From contig CALJEX010000040.1 of the NCBI GenBank assembly GCA_938074525.1, positions 18-64,017 on the forward strand: 64,000 bases of DNA. The letters run 5' to 3'. A program made the translations under genes and the position numbers. The notes below the pieces were generated by a model. The model searched no databases. It worked only from the letters and a program-made list of their open reading frames with translations, and was not told where the DNA came from. The stretch comes from an uncultured Gammaproteobacteria bacterium. GTDB lineage: Bacteria > Pseudomonadota > Gammaproteobacteria > UBA4575. Of this stretch, positions 1-13,326 are shown one piece after another. Within the stretch, counting starts at the first letter, position 1; each line of letters opens with the position of its first letter.

Positions 1-430
1 CGACATTAGCTGTTAATCCAAATAAATGCACAACAATCACTGCGCGTGTTTTTTCTGAAATTGCATTTTTGATACAAGCAGGATCTATATTTAATGATAT
101 CGGGTCTATATCCGCAAATACCGGCGTTGCTCCGACGTAACGAATAGCTTCGGCCGTTGCTGCAAAAGTATATGAAGGGCAAATGACTTCATCGCCAGGC
201 CCAATGCCCAATGCGCGTAATGCTAAGTGCAAGGCATCAGTGCCGGATGAGCAGCTAACAGAATGTTTAATGTTTAAGTATTGAGAGACTTCATCTTCTA
301 ATGCATGCACATTAGGACCCATGATAAAGGCAGTATTTTCTAGCGTTTCATTTAGTGCGCTTTGGACTTCATCTTTGATTGATTGGTATTGCAGGCGCAA
401 ATCAACCATAGGAATTGCTGTTGAATTCAT
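1..430 (-). CDS. DegT/DnrJ/EryC1/StrS-family PLP-dependent sugar aminotransferase, N-terminal ~143 aa only (C-terminus lies beyond window start)
   Basis: Reverse-complement translation starting at ATG 430..428 reads MNSTAIPMVDLRLQYQ...CSSGTDALHLALRALGIGPGDEVICPSYTFAATAEAIRYVGATPVFADID...KTRAVIVVHLFG, the typical DegT-family N-terminus (ArnB/WbpE/GnnB-like). Not in the supplied ORF track because it runs off the window edge. Lies immediately downstream of the oxidoreductase gene on the same strand. Confidence 0.8.
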   Translation of the reverse strand, partial: MNSTAIPMVDLRLQYQSIKDEVQSALNETLENTAFIMGPNVHALEDEVSQYLNIKHSVSCSSGTDALHLALRALGIGPGDEVICPSYTFAATAEAIRYVGATPVFADIDPISLNIDPACIKNAISEKTRAVIVVHLFGLTANV

Positions 431-435
431 GTTAA

Positions 436-1365
436 TTACTTGGCGTTATGTAGTTGTATTGTGTTGGCGATTTGATTGGCTGTGTGTAGTGCGCGCAAGC
501 CATCAATGCCGGAAACAAGCGGTTGAGTATTGTTAAGAATACAGTCTAGAAAATGAGTGATCTCAGTGAATAGTGCATCTGATTTTTCGAAATTGAAACT
601 TTGCGAATTAATTTCACTATTTTCTCGCGTGTATATTTTTAGATCATGATTTCCAAGGTCAGCAGAAAAATAAGCATTGCCTTGGAACAGCCGCAGTTTG
701 CGTTCACTTTTAGTGCTTACTCGACTGGCGGTGACGTTGGCAACGCAATCATTGGTGAATGTGATTCGGGCGTTGGCGATATCAATATCATCAGAAAGTA
801 CGCTCATTCCTGAGGCTTGAATTGATTCGATGTCAGATTTAACAATACTAAGAATGATGTCGATATCATGAATCATTAAATCAAGGACAACATTGACATC
901 AGTGCCGCGTGCTTTAAAGGGTGATAAGCGTTGAGACTCAATGAACTTGGGTTGCTGCATGTGTTCATCCATTGCAAGCACGGTAGGGTTGAAGCGTTCA
1001 ATATGGCCAATTTGTAGTATGCAATGCTTGTCTTCGGCAATTTTGATTAACTCTTGTGCTTGCTCGGTTGTCGAAGTCATGGGTTTTTCTAGCAGTACAT
1101 GTTTGCCGCGGGATAAAAATTGTTTGGCTATTTCAAAATGTGATGGAGTGGAAGTGACGATGCTAACGGCATCGACATCATCAATTAATGTTTGAAAATC
1201 TGTGCTGGCTTTTGCATCTGGATACAAATTAGCCATTTCCTTAACGGTGGCAGAATCGCTGTCTATCAAGCCCACTAGCTGGCAATTATCCAACGCCGCA
1301 TACTTTTGAGCATGAAATTTACCCAAATAACCCGCACCAATGACCGCTATATTCACAATTCCCAT
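436..1365 (-). CDS. Gfo/Idh/MocA-family NAD(P)-dependent sugar-nucleotide oxidoreductase (GnnA/WbpB-like UDP-sugar 3-dehydrogenase candidate)
   Basis: 309 aa. N-terminal Rossmann motif MGIVNIAVIGAGYLGKFHAQ, with the catalytic EKP motif (VLLEKPM) typical of Gfo/Idh/MocA enzymes. Paired with the DegT aminotransferase downstream. Confidence 0.8.
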   Translation of the reverse strand: MGIVNIAVIGAGYLGKFHAQKYAALDNCQLVGLIDSDSATVKEMANLYPDAKASTDFQTLIDDVDAVSIVTSTPSHFEIAKQFLSRGKHVLLEKPMTSTTEQAQELIKIAEDKHCILQIGHIERFNPTVLAMDEHMQQPKFIESQRLSPFKARGTDVNVVLDLMIHDIDIILSIVKSDIESIQASGMSVLSDDIDIANARITFTNDCVANVTASRVSTKSERKLRLFQGNAYFSADLGNHDLKIYTRENSEINSQSFNFEKSDALFTEITHFLDCILNNTQPLVSGIDGLRALHTANQIANTIQLHNAK

Positions 1366-1510
1366 TCAACTAAAAATCTGTATTATAAAAACCTCGCAGT
1401 ATACGTCCTCTAGCTCAAATGTGGGCCGAAATATGGGCTCAAATATGAGCATCATCGAGTAAAAAAGACTCTTGATTAAAAAGCACTCTAATGTAGTTGA
1501 ATTCGCTGAT

Positions 1511-2086
1511 ATGCAGGTTGATATTAATACCTATGCTGGCATTGATGAAGTAGGGCGTGGACCACTTGCAGGGCCTGTGGTTGCGGCAGCGGTGATACTT
1601 GGAGACGCTCGTGAATGGTTGGGTCTTAAAGATTCAAAGATGTTAACAGCGAAACGACGCGAAGCCTGTGCCATCGAGATTAAGCAAAATGCATCGGCTT
1701 GGGCGATTGGTCGTTGTGAGCCTGAAGAAATTGATCAATACAATATTTTTTATGCGAGTTTGCTGGCCATGAAAAGAGCATTTGAAGGTATATCCCTAGT
1801 GCCAGAATTAGCGCTTGTTGATGGTAAATATAGTCCGGAGCTAGCAGTGCAGTCTTATGCGGTTATAAAAGGTGACCAACATGTGCCTGCCATCAGTGCT
1901 GCTTCTATCTTAGCTAAAGTAACAAGAGATTTAGAAATGTGTGAGTTAGATACATCGTATCCACAATATGGGTTTGCAAAACATAAAGGTTATCCTACTG
2001 CTTTTCATATTGATGCACTCAAACAACATGGTCCATGCATACATCATCGTCGAAGCTTTAAACCAGTTGCCAATGTATTAAAATGA
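1511..2086 (+). CDS. rnhB: Ribonuclease HII
   Basis: Motif [21 protein letters not shown], the RNase HII catalytic DEVGRG. Start chosen at ATG 1511 ([17 protein letters not shown]) because it aligns with the E. coli N-terminus; the track ORF begins at TTG 1472. Stop overlaps the dnaE start (ATGA). Confidence 0.88.
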   Translation: MQVDINTYAGIDEVGRGPLAGPVVAAAVILGDAREWLGLKDSKMLTAKRREACAIEIKQNASAWAIGRCEPEEIDQYNIFYASLLAMKRAFEGISLVPELALVDGKYSPELAVQSYAVIKGDQHVPAISAASILAKVTRDLEMCELDTSYPQYGFAKHKGYPTAFHIDALKQHGPCIHHRRSFKPVANVLK

Positions 2087-5000
2087 ATCCGCAATTTGTC
2101 CACTTACGTTTGCATAGCGAATTTTCCATTGTTGATGGGCTAGTACGTATTCCTGCTTTGATGCGCAAGGTGTCTGAGCTAGAGATGCCTGCCGTTGCAT
2201 TAACAGATTTCTCAAACTTATTTGCCCTGGTTAAATTTTATCGTGCGGCGATTTCCAATGGTGTGAAGCCGATTATTGGTGCTGATGTATTAATTTCAGA
2301 CCCGCAATTAAAAGAGCGCTATCGAATTGGCTTGCTGTGTATGAATAACTCAGGCTATCGCAATTTAACTGAATTATTGACGCGTGCTTATTTAGAGGGC
2401 CAACATGGTGGTCAACCAACTATCGATCGAAGCTGGATTGATGAGTTTAATCAAGGTTTGATTGTGTTATCGGGTGGGCGTGAAGGTGATTTGGGTAAGC
2501 TGATTTTAAAACAAGACAATACGCGTATCGAGGAATGTATTAACCGGTGGAAGAAGAACTTTTCAGATCGTTTTTATATAGAGTTACAAAGAACAGGTCG
2601 TGAAGGCGAAGACGTTTATAACGAAAGTGCTTTAGACATTGCTGAAAAAAACAATCTTCCCGTCGTTGCGACCAATGATGTTAGATTTTTAACGTCAGCA
2701 GAATATGAAGCACATGAAGTACGTGTTTGTATTAACCAAGGTCGTGTGTTGTCAGATCCTCGACGAGCAAGAACTTATAGCGAACAACAATATTTACGTC
2801 CAGTAGATGAAATGGTGGCGTTATATTCAGATGTGCCGTCGGCAATTTCAAATACGATAGAAATCGCTAAGCGCTGTAATGTGCGATTAGAGTTTGGTAA
2901 AAATGTTTTACCAGAATTCCCTACTGGCGAACTTACAACAGATGAATACTTGCGAGAGCAATCTAAATTGGGATTGCAGAATCGACTGGAAAGAATTAAA
3001 GCGTCACGTGAATCTGTAGATATAGATACCTATGATCAAAGATTAGAAGTGGAGCTTGATGTGATTGAGCGCATGGGTTATCCAGGCTACTTTCTGATTG
3101 TTTCTGATTTTACTAAGTGGGCACGAGAAAATGGTGTGCCAGTGGGTCCGGGTCGTGGTTCTGGTGCAGGTTCGTTAGTTGCCTATGTTTTAGGTATTAC
3201 TGACATTGATCCACTTGAATATGATTTGTTATTTGAGCGTTTCTTAAATCCTGAGCGAGTATCAATGCCCGATTTCGATATCGATTTTTGTATGGCAGGG
3301 CGTGATCGCGTGATTGATTATGTAGCGACACGTTATGGGCGAGAAAAAGTTAGCCAGATCATCACTTACGGCACCATGGCGGCGAAAGCGGTCGTGCGTG
3401 ATGTGGGTCGTGTGCTTGGGCATCCGTATGGGTTTGTCGACCGCATTGCCAAAATGGTGCCTTTTGAAGTTGGCATGACATTGTCTAAAGCGTTAGAGCA
3501 AGAGAAAGACTTCAAGCAAATGGTAGAGGATGAGGAAGAGGTTGGGACTCTCATTGATATGGCGTTACAACTTGAAGGTCTTGCGCGTAATGCTGGCAAG
3601 CATGCAGGGGGTGTGGTGATTGCACCGTCTAAGCTAACCGATTTTACCCCGCTCTATTGTGAAGAAGGCGGCGCTAATGTTGTCACACAGTTAGATAAAG
3701 ATGATGTTGAAGCGATAGGGTTAGTTAAATTCGATTTCTTGGGTTTGCGTACGCTCACAATTATTGATCGCACCCTAGATAAAGTGAATGCGCGTTTAGC
3801 AAAAGATAATAAACCACCGGTGGATTTGAATGCTTTACCACTTGATGATGAAGCTACTTATACCTTGCTGCAAAATCAGCAAACTACTGCGGTATTTCAG
3901 TTGGAGTCTGATGGCCTGAAAGATATTTTAGGTCGCTTGAAACCTGATAAGTTTGAAGACATTGTTGCACTAGTTGCTTTATATCGACCAGGTCCATTGC
4001 AGTCAGGCATGGTAGATGATTTTATTGATCGTAAACACGGTGCATTAGTTGAATACCCTCATCCCGATTTAGAACCGATTCTAAATGAAACCTATGGCGT
4101 TATTTTATATCAAGAACAAGTAATGCAAATTGCCCAAGTTTTGGCAGGTTACTCTTTAGGTGGTGCGGATTTATTACGACGTGCCATGGGTAAAAAGAAA
4201 GCAGAAGAGATGGCAAAACAACGTGCCATTTTTGTTAAAGGCGCGACTGAGCGTAACGTCGAAGATACTAATGCGAACTTCATATTTGATTTAATGGAGA
4301 AGTTTGCAGGCTACGGTTTTAACAAATCACATTCAGTAGCCTACGCCATGCTGTCATACCAAACCGCGTGGTTAAAAGCACATTATCCTGCTGAATTTAT
4401 GGCGTCGGTGCTTTCTGCTGATATGGATAACACTGATAAAGTTGTGCATCTACGCGAAGAATGTAAAACCATGGGTTTAGAAGTTTTGCCTCCTTGCGCT
4501 AATGCTTCTTATTATGGTTTCACCGTGACTGAAGATCAGAAGATTGTTTACGGTTTGGGTGCGATTAAAGGCGTGGGTGAAGCTGCTATTGAATCATTAG
4601 TCAAAGAGCGAGATAAAGAAGGACAGTATAAATCGCTGAATGATTTTTGTATGCGACTAGAAACACAAAAATTTAATCGTCGCAGTATGGAAGCGATGAT
4701 TCGTTCCGGTGGGTTAGATTCATGCGGGCATACGCGTGCAACATTAATGCATCATTTACCAAGAGCGATGCAAACAGCTGAACAACATCATCGTAATGAT
4801 GATATTGGGCAGAACGATATGTTTGGCGGCGGACAAGTCGTTGCGCGTGAAGGGGTGATCGAAGAAAAACCAGAATGGGATGAAGATTCTTTGCTGGCAG
4901 CGGAACGCGAAACACTAGGCTTGTATTTTTCCGGTCATCCTGTGGATCAATATCGAGACGAATTGGTGAGTCTAGCAGGTAAAACACTTAAAGATCATTT

Positions 5001-5553
5001 AGCTCAGCCTATTGCTCCAGTTGATACTAGCTATCGAAACAAAGACGCAAACATGGTCAAAGTAGGAGGGCTGTTAATGGATATGCGTCTTCGGAATAGT
5101 CCTTCAGGACGCATTGCATTTTTAACTTTGGATGATAATACTGCGCGCATGCACGTTGCAGTATTTGCTGATGCTTATAGCGAATTTAAACATCATATTG
5201 TAAAAGATCAAATCTTGATCATTGATGGCGTCATCAGTATTGATGACTATAATGGCAAGCCACGGATTCGCGCGAAAGAAATTACTCGCTTAGATGATGC
5301 GCGCATTGATTACGGTAAAGGTATTGTCGTTAGTATCAATGCGGAGGATAGAAAAGGCTCATTGATCACCGATCTTGAGAATACCTTAAAGCCTTACCGT
5401 GATGGCAATTGTAAAGTACTGATTCAATATCAATCTGCACAGGGTGAGGCAAAATTTCAGCTAGGTGAACAATGGAACGTGATTCCAGAGAGAGATTTAC
5501 TTCGAAGACTGTCGAGTCTTGAGGGTGTGGTTGCCGCTAGAGTCGTTTATTAA
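2083..5553 (+). CDS. dnaE: DNA polymerase III alpha subunit
   Basis: 1156 aa. PHP domain N-terminus ([14 protein letters not shown]), polymerase core motifs and an OB-fold C-terminus. Classic rnhB-dnaE-accA synteny. Confidence 0.97.
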   Translation: MNPQFVHLRLHSEFSIVDGLVRIPALMRKVSELEMPAVALTDFSNLFALVKFYRAAISNGVKPIIGADVLISDPQLKERYRIGLLCMNNSGYRNLTELLTRAYLEGQHGGQPTIDRSWIDEFNQGLIVLSGGREGDLGKLILKQDNTRIEECINRWKKNFSDRFYIELQRTGREGEDVYNESALDIAEKNNLPVVATNDVRFLTSAEYEAHEVRVCINQGRVLSDPRRARTYSEQQYLRPVDEMVALYSDVPSAISNTIEIAKRCNVRLEFGKNVLPEFPTGELTTDEYLREQSKLGLQNRLERIKASRESVDIDTYDQRLEVELDVIERMGYPGYFLIVSDFTKWARENGVPVGPGRGSGAGSLVAYVLGITDIDPLEYDLLFERFLNPERVSMPDFDIDFCMAGRDRVIDYVATRYGREKVSQIITYGTMAAKAVVRDVGRVLGHPYGFVDRIAKMVPFEVGMTLSKALEQEKDFKQMVEDEEEVGTLIDMALQLEGLARNAGKHAGGVVIAPSKLTDFTPLYCEEGGANVVTQLDKDDVEAIGLVKFDFLGLRTLTIIDRTLDKVNARLAKDNKPPVDLNALPLDDEATYTLLQNQQTTAVFQLESDGLKDILGRLKPDKFEDIVALVALYRPGPLQSGMVDDFIDRKHGALVEYPHPDLEPILNETYGVILYQEQVMQIAQVLAGYSLGGADLLRRAMGKKKAEEMAKQRAIFVKGATERNVEDTNANFIFDLMEKFAGYGFNKSHSVAYAMLSYQTAWLKAHYPAEFMASVLSADMDNTDKVVHLREECKTMGLEVLPPCANASYYGFTVTEDQKIVYGLGAIKGVGEAAIESLVKERDKEGQYKSLNDFCMRLETQKFNRRSMEAMIRSGGLDSCGHTRATLMHHLPRAMQTAEQHHRNDDIGQNDMFGGGQVVAREGVIEEKPEWDEDSLLAAERETLGLYFSGHPVDQYRDELVSLAGKTLKDHLAQPIAPVDTSYRNKDANMVKVGGLLMDMRLRNSPSGRIAFLTLDDNTARMHVAVFADAYSEFKHHIVKDQILIIDGVISIDDYNGKPRIRAKEITRLDDARIDYGKGIVVSINAEDRKGSLITDLENTLKPYRDGNCKVLIQYQSAQGEAKFQLGEQWNVIPERDLLRRLSSLEGVVAARVVY

Positions 5554-5658
5554 ACGTGCTTTATTCGCTTATTTTTTGACACTTTCCTGAAATCGTCGCC
5601 GAGTCCGACTATAATGCAAAAAATTTAATGAAAATGATTTGGTTAATATATAAGGCCT

Positions 5659-6615
5659 ATGGTTTCTGATTATTTAGAATTTGAACAACCGATTGCTGAG
5701 TTAGAAGCAAAAATTAATGAACTGCGCCGAGTTGAGTCAGACAATGAAATGCAGCTGGGAGATGAAATTGCCAAGCTGGAAGCAAAAAGTCGTGCGCTGA
5801 CTGAAACTATTTATAAAGATTTATCTGCGTGGCAGGTCGCTCAGATTGCTCGTCATCCTCGTCGTCCTTATACCTTGGATTACGTAGAAAAGTTATTTAC
5901 TGATTTTGAAGAGTTGCATGGTGATCGTGCCTATTCTGATGACGCGGCGATTATTTGTGGCATTGCAAAATTTGAAGGCCGTTCAATCGCTGTCATTGGT
6001 CATCAAAAAGGTAGGAATACTAAAGAAAACCTGAAGCGGAATTTTGGTATGCCTAGACCAGAAGGATATCGCAAAGCATTGCGCATTATGGAAATGGCAG
6101 AAAAATTTCAAATGCCAATCGTCACCTTCATCGATACACCAGGGGCTTACCCGGGCGTTGGCGCAGAAGAGCGCGGACAAGCGCAAGCAATTGCACGTAA
6201 TTTATATCGTATGGCTGAATTGAAGACGCCTATTATTTGTAATGTCATTGGAGAAGGTGGGTCAGGTGGAGCGTTAGCTATTGGTGTTGGCGATCATTTA
6301 TCAATGCTAAGTTACAGTACTTATTCGGTGATTTCTCCAGAAGGCTGTGCTTCGATACTTTGGAAAAATGCGGACAAAGCAGAAGATGCAGCCGAGACGT
6401 TAGGCATTACATCTGATCGATTGCTAGAACTTAACTTGGTTGATGAAGTGATTAAAGAGCCTATGAGTGGTGCGCACCGAGATTTGGATGTGACAAGTGA
6501 AAATATGCGAGCTTCGCTGAGTGAGAACATTGCTCGTTTAACAAAAATGAACACTAGCGATTTATTAGAAGCGCGATTTGAACGACTCACATCATACGGC
6601 ATATTTAAAGATTAG
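5659..6615 (+). CDS. accA: Acetyl-CoA carboxylase carboxyltransferase alpha subunit
   Basis: 318 aa. N-terminus [17 protein letters not shown] and the [13 protein letters not shown] motif match AccA. Confidence 0.95.
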   Translation: MVSDYLEFEQPIAELEAKINELRRVESDNEMQLGDEIAKLEAKSRALTETIYKDLSAWQVAQIARHPRRPYTLDYVEKLFTDFEELHGDRAYSDDAAIICGIAKFEGRSIAVIGHQKGRNTKENLKRNFGMPRPEGYRKALRIMEMAEKFQMPIVTFIDTPGAYPGVGAEERGQAQAIARNLYRMAELKTPIICNVIGEGGSGGALAIGVGDHLSMLSYSTYSVISPEGCASILWKNADKAEDAAETLGITSDRLLELNLVDEVIKEPMSGAHRDLDVTSENMRASLSENIARLTKMNTSDLLEARFERLTSYGIFKD

Positions 6616-6630
6616 CGCTGCTGACAGTGT

Positions 6631-7902
6631 ATGTCTGTCATCTTAAACAAACTACGAGATAGTCTTTCACACATTGATCTTAATAAATCTGTTTGTATTG
6701 CTTACAGTGGTGGGATAGATTCAACAGTTCTTTTGCATGCGGCTAGTATTGCTTGTCAGCAAAGCGGCCATTCGTTAATGGCAATACATATCAATCATCA
6801 GATTCATGCTGATTCCCAACAATGGGCCGACCATTGTATTGACCAATGTCGCATGCTCGATGTTGAAATAAATACTCTTTGTGTCGATGTGCAGCAATTT
6901 AGCCAACATGGTATAGAAGGTGCGGCGCGCGAGGCACGCTATCAAGCATTCGAAAACACATTAGGTGATAAAGATGTATTGTTCACAGCCCATCATGCAG
7001 ATGATCAGATTGAAACCATCCTGCTACAACTTTTTCGTGGTGCAGGTGCACATGGATTAGCGGGTTGCGCTCAAACTAGAGTAGTTGGCAATGCTTTGCT
7101 TGTTCGACCACTACTAGAAATTTCACGCCAAGAAATAGAACACTATGCCGAGCAAAATCAATTGCAGTGGCGTGATGATCCCTCTAATCATTCTCTGGTT
7201 CATGATAGAAATTATTTGCGTCATGAGGTAATGCCTTTGTTACATTCGAGATGGCAAGGTTTGCGAGAGACAATTGGACGCAGCAGTCAATGGCAAAGTG
7301 AGTCGTCACAAATGCTGGATAACTTGGCTAAGCTGGATGCGATAAATGTTATTGACGAAGATTACAGTTTAAGTGTTAAAAAGTTGGTGACGCTGGATAA
7401 TGTGCGTCTAAAAAACATGTTGCGCTGGTGGATCAGAGAAGCAGATTGTTTAGTACCAAGTGCCGATGTGCTGGATAGGGTCATTAATGATGCAATCCAT
7501 AGCCGAAGCGACTGCGAAGCCTGTATTCGCTGGAAGAATTATGAAATCAGAAAATACCGTGATCAGCTTTATCTGCAAACAGTGGATACGATTCACGATG
7601 CAACATTAAGTTATCAGTGGGATTTGCAGCAATCATTAACTATTCCTTCGCTTGGGTTGACATTAACCCGACAACAATTAGATCACTTTGGCGTGAATTT
7701 GGACAATATTGATCAACTTACCGTAAGTTTTCGTCGTGGTGGCGAAGTCATGCGTCCGCGTGGGCGTGGTTGCCAGAAAGAATTAAAAGCATTATTTCAA
7801 GAGCAGGGTGTTAAACCATGGGAACGCAACAGAATTCCTTTGCTATTCCACGATCAACAGCTAATTTTTGTCTGGGGATATTGGATTGGTGAAGGATATT
7901 GA
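6631..7902 (+). CDS. tilS: tRNA(Ile)-lysidine synthetase
   Basis: 423 aa. PP-loop ATP pyrophosphatase motif SGGIDSTVLL near the N-terminus, and the accA-tilS synteny. Confidence 0.9.
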   Translation: MSVILNKLRDSLSHIDLNKSVCIAYSGGIDSTVLLHAASIACQQSGHSLMAIHINHQIHADSQQWADHCIDQCRMLDVEINTLCVDVQQFSQHGIEGAAREARYQAFENTLGDKDVLFTAHHADDQIETILLQLFRGAGAHGLAGCAQTRVVGNALLVRPLLEISRQEIEHYAEQNQLQWRDDPSNHSLVHDRNYLRHEVMPLLHSRWQGLRETIGRSSQWQSESSQMLDNLAKLDAINVIDEDYSLSVKKLVTLDNVRLKNMLRWWIREADCLVPSADVLDRVINDAIHSRSDCEACIRWKNYEIRKYRDQLYLQTVDTIHDATLSYQWDLQQSLTIPSLGLTLTRQQLDHFGVNLDNIDQLTVSFRRGGEVMRPRGRGCQKELKALFQEQGVKPWERNRIPLLFHDQQLIFVWGYWIGEGY

Positions 7903-7960
7903 TTGAGGCAATCTCCAGGCTTTGGTACTCTAATATCCCATCTTGCATTTCGGAATTTAA

Positions 7961-10485
<2,525 letters not shown>

Positions 10486-10495
10486 AAATTAATAG

Positions 10496-11809
<1,314 letters not shown>

Positions 11810-11846
11810 TGTTTTGATACGCGAAAGGGTGTGCTAGATAAACTCA

Positions 11847-12140
11847 ATGAAGCTGTTTATTTTATTTTTGGTGGCTGTGTTTATTGTTTTGCAATATCAA
11901 TTGTGGGTCGATAAAGACGGTGTTAGAAAACTGGTTCATTTGAGTGATCGCATCGAAGACCAAACAGAAAAGAATCAACAGCTTTATGAGAGAAACGAAG
12001 TGCTTGCCGCTGAGGTGGAAGATCTTAAATCTGGATTCGATGCGATAGAAGAACGTGCAAGAATGGAGCTGGGAATGATTCGTGAAGGTGAAACATTCTT
12101 TCAAGTAATCGAAAGTGATAATGCTCAGAAAAACAAATGA
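11847..12140 (+). CDS. ftsB: Cell division protein FtsB
   Basis: 97 aa. One N-terminal TM helix followed by a coiled coil. eno-ftsB-ispD synteny. Confidence 0.85.
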   Translation: MKLFILFLVAVFIVLQYQLWVDKDGVRKLVHLSDRIEDQTEKNQQLYERNEVLAAEVEDLKSGFDAIEERARMELGMIREGETFFQVIESDNAQKNK

Positions 12141-12847
12141 GCAATATGCCCAAATGCTGGGTTGTTATTCCTGCCGCAGGGATTGGTGAAAGAGTCGGCT
12201 CCTCAATACCTAAGCAATATCTGCAAATAGCAGGTAAAACTGTTCTACAACACGCAATAAGCCCTTTTGTTGGCAATGGCCGTATCGCTGGCATTACTGT
12301 TGCGTTGCATCCTGAAGATACTCATTTTTCAACATTAGAGATGAATGCTACTACCTGCGATAAAATACATTCGGTTATTGGCGGAGAAACACGGGCACAC
12401 TCGGTACTAAATGCCTTAGATAGCATTGAAGCGCAATTAGCTAAAGATGATTTTGTGTTAGTGCACGATGCTGCGCGACCTTGCCTATCTAATAATGATT
12501 TGGATTTATTGATAGATGCATGTTTAACGCATGAGGTTGGTGGCATTATTGGATCGCGCGTGGCAGACACAATTAAGCATGTTGAGAATAATAATATTGT
12601 CAGTACTTTAGATCGTGAAAATATTTGGCGTGCATATACACCGCAGATGTTTAAGTTTGGATTGCTTCAAAGTGCAATCCAGAAGGCATTTAAAGACAAT
12701 ATATATATTACTGATGAAGCCAGCGCGATAGAATATATTGGTTATCAACCATGTATGATTGAAGGTGACGCGCGTAATATTAAAGTGACAACTGCAGAAG
12801 ACATCTCTTTAGCGGAAATATTTTTACAAGAAGAAAAACGTAAATGA
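12137..12847 (+). CDS. ispD: 2-C-methyl-D-erythritol 4-phosphate cytidylyltransferase
   Basis: 236 aa. N-terminus VVIPAAGIGERVG matches IspD. Overlaps the ftsB stop and the ispF start. Confidence 0.92.
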   Translation: MSNMPKCWVVIPAAGIGERVGSSIPKQYLQIAGKTVLQHAISPFVGNGRIAGITVALHPEDTHFSTLEMNATTCDKIHSVIGGETRAHSVLNALDSIEAQLAKDDFVLVHDAARPCLSNNDLDLLIDACLTHEVGGIIGSRVADTIKHVENNNIVSTLDRENIWRAYTPQMFKFGLLQSAIQKAFKDNIYITDEASAIEYIGYQPCMIEGDARNIKVTTAEDISLAEIFLQEEKRK

Positions 12848-13311
12848 GAATTGGTCAGGGATTTGATGCGCATCGTTTCACTGATGGGAGTGAAATTACA
12901 TTGGGTGGGGTGATAATCCCGCATAAATTTGCAATTGAAGCGCATTCTGATGGCGATGTATTGTTGCATGCGATTTGTGATGCAATGTTAGGCGCTGCTG
13001 GATTAGGGGATATTGGTAAACATTATTCTGACCAAGACAGCCAACATAAGAATAGAAATTCTCGTGAGTTTATAGTGGACATCGCAAATAAGATCCAAGC
13101 GCAAAATCTCACTGTAGTGAATATAGATGCTACTGTGATTTTGCAGTCACCTAAAATAGCTTCTTATATTGATGAGATGTGCCAAGTCATAGCCAATGAT
13201 CTGAAAATGGATGTAAGTGCAGTAAATGTGAAAGCAACTACAACTGAGCGAATGGGATTTGTTGGTCGTGAAGAGGGAATCGCAGCAATGGCTGTTGTTC
13301 TGTTGCAATAG
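12844..13311 (+). CDS. ispF: 2-C-methyl-D-erythritol 2,4-cyclodiphosphate synthase
   Basis: 155 aa. MRIGQGFDAHRF and HSDGDVLLHA, the IspF metal-binding motifs. Confidence 0.95.
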   Translation: MRIGQGFDAHRFTDGSEITLGGVIIPHKFAIEAHSDGDVLLHAICDAMLGAAGLGDIGKHYSDQDSQHKNRNSREFIVDIANKIQAQNLTVVNIDATVILQSPKIASYIDEMCQVIANDLKMDVSAVNVKATTTERMGFVGREEGIAAMAVVLLQ

Positions 13312-13326
13312 TGAGCTAGTAATACT

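Noticed and set aside
321-536. 71-aa plus-strand ORF in the supplied track
   Set aside because: It lies antisense across the junction of the DegT aminotransferase and Gfo/Idh/MocA genes, both of which have strong family signatures. Composition is Cys/Trp-rich, typical of a shadow ORF.
3366-3599. Numerous short antisense ORFs inside dnaE, valS, the helicase, parC, fimV and others (for example 3366..3599, 19389..19799, 29681..29914, 35015..35380, 52199..52576)
   Set aside because: Each is wholly contained within a long, motif-rich conserved CDS on the opposite strand. Their translations are low-complexity (Ser/Cys/Leu-rich), with no recognisable motifs.
5576-5615. TTGACA ... TATAAT pair upstream of accA as a sigma-70 promoter
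   Set aside because: The spacer between the hexamers is 28 nt, far from the 16-18 nt optimum. No better -35 exists at the right distance.
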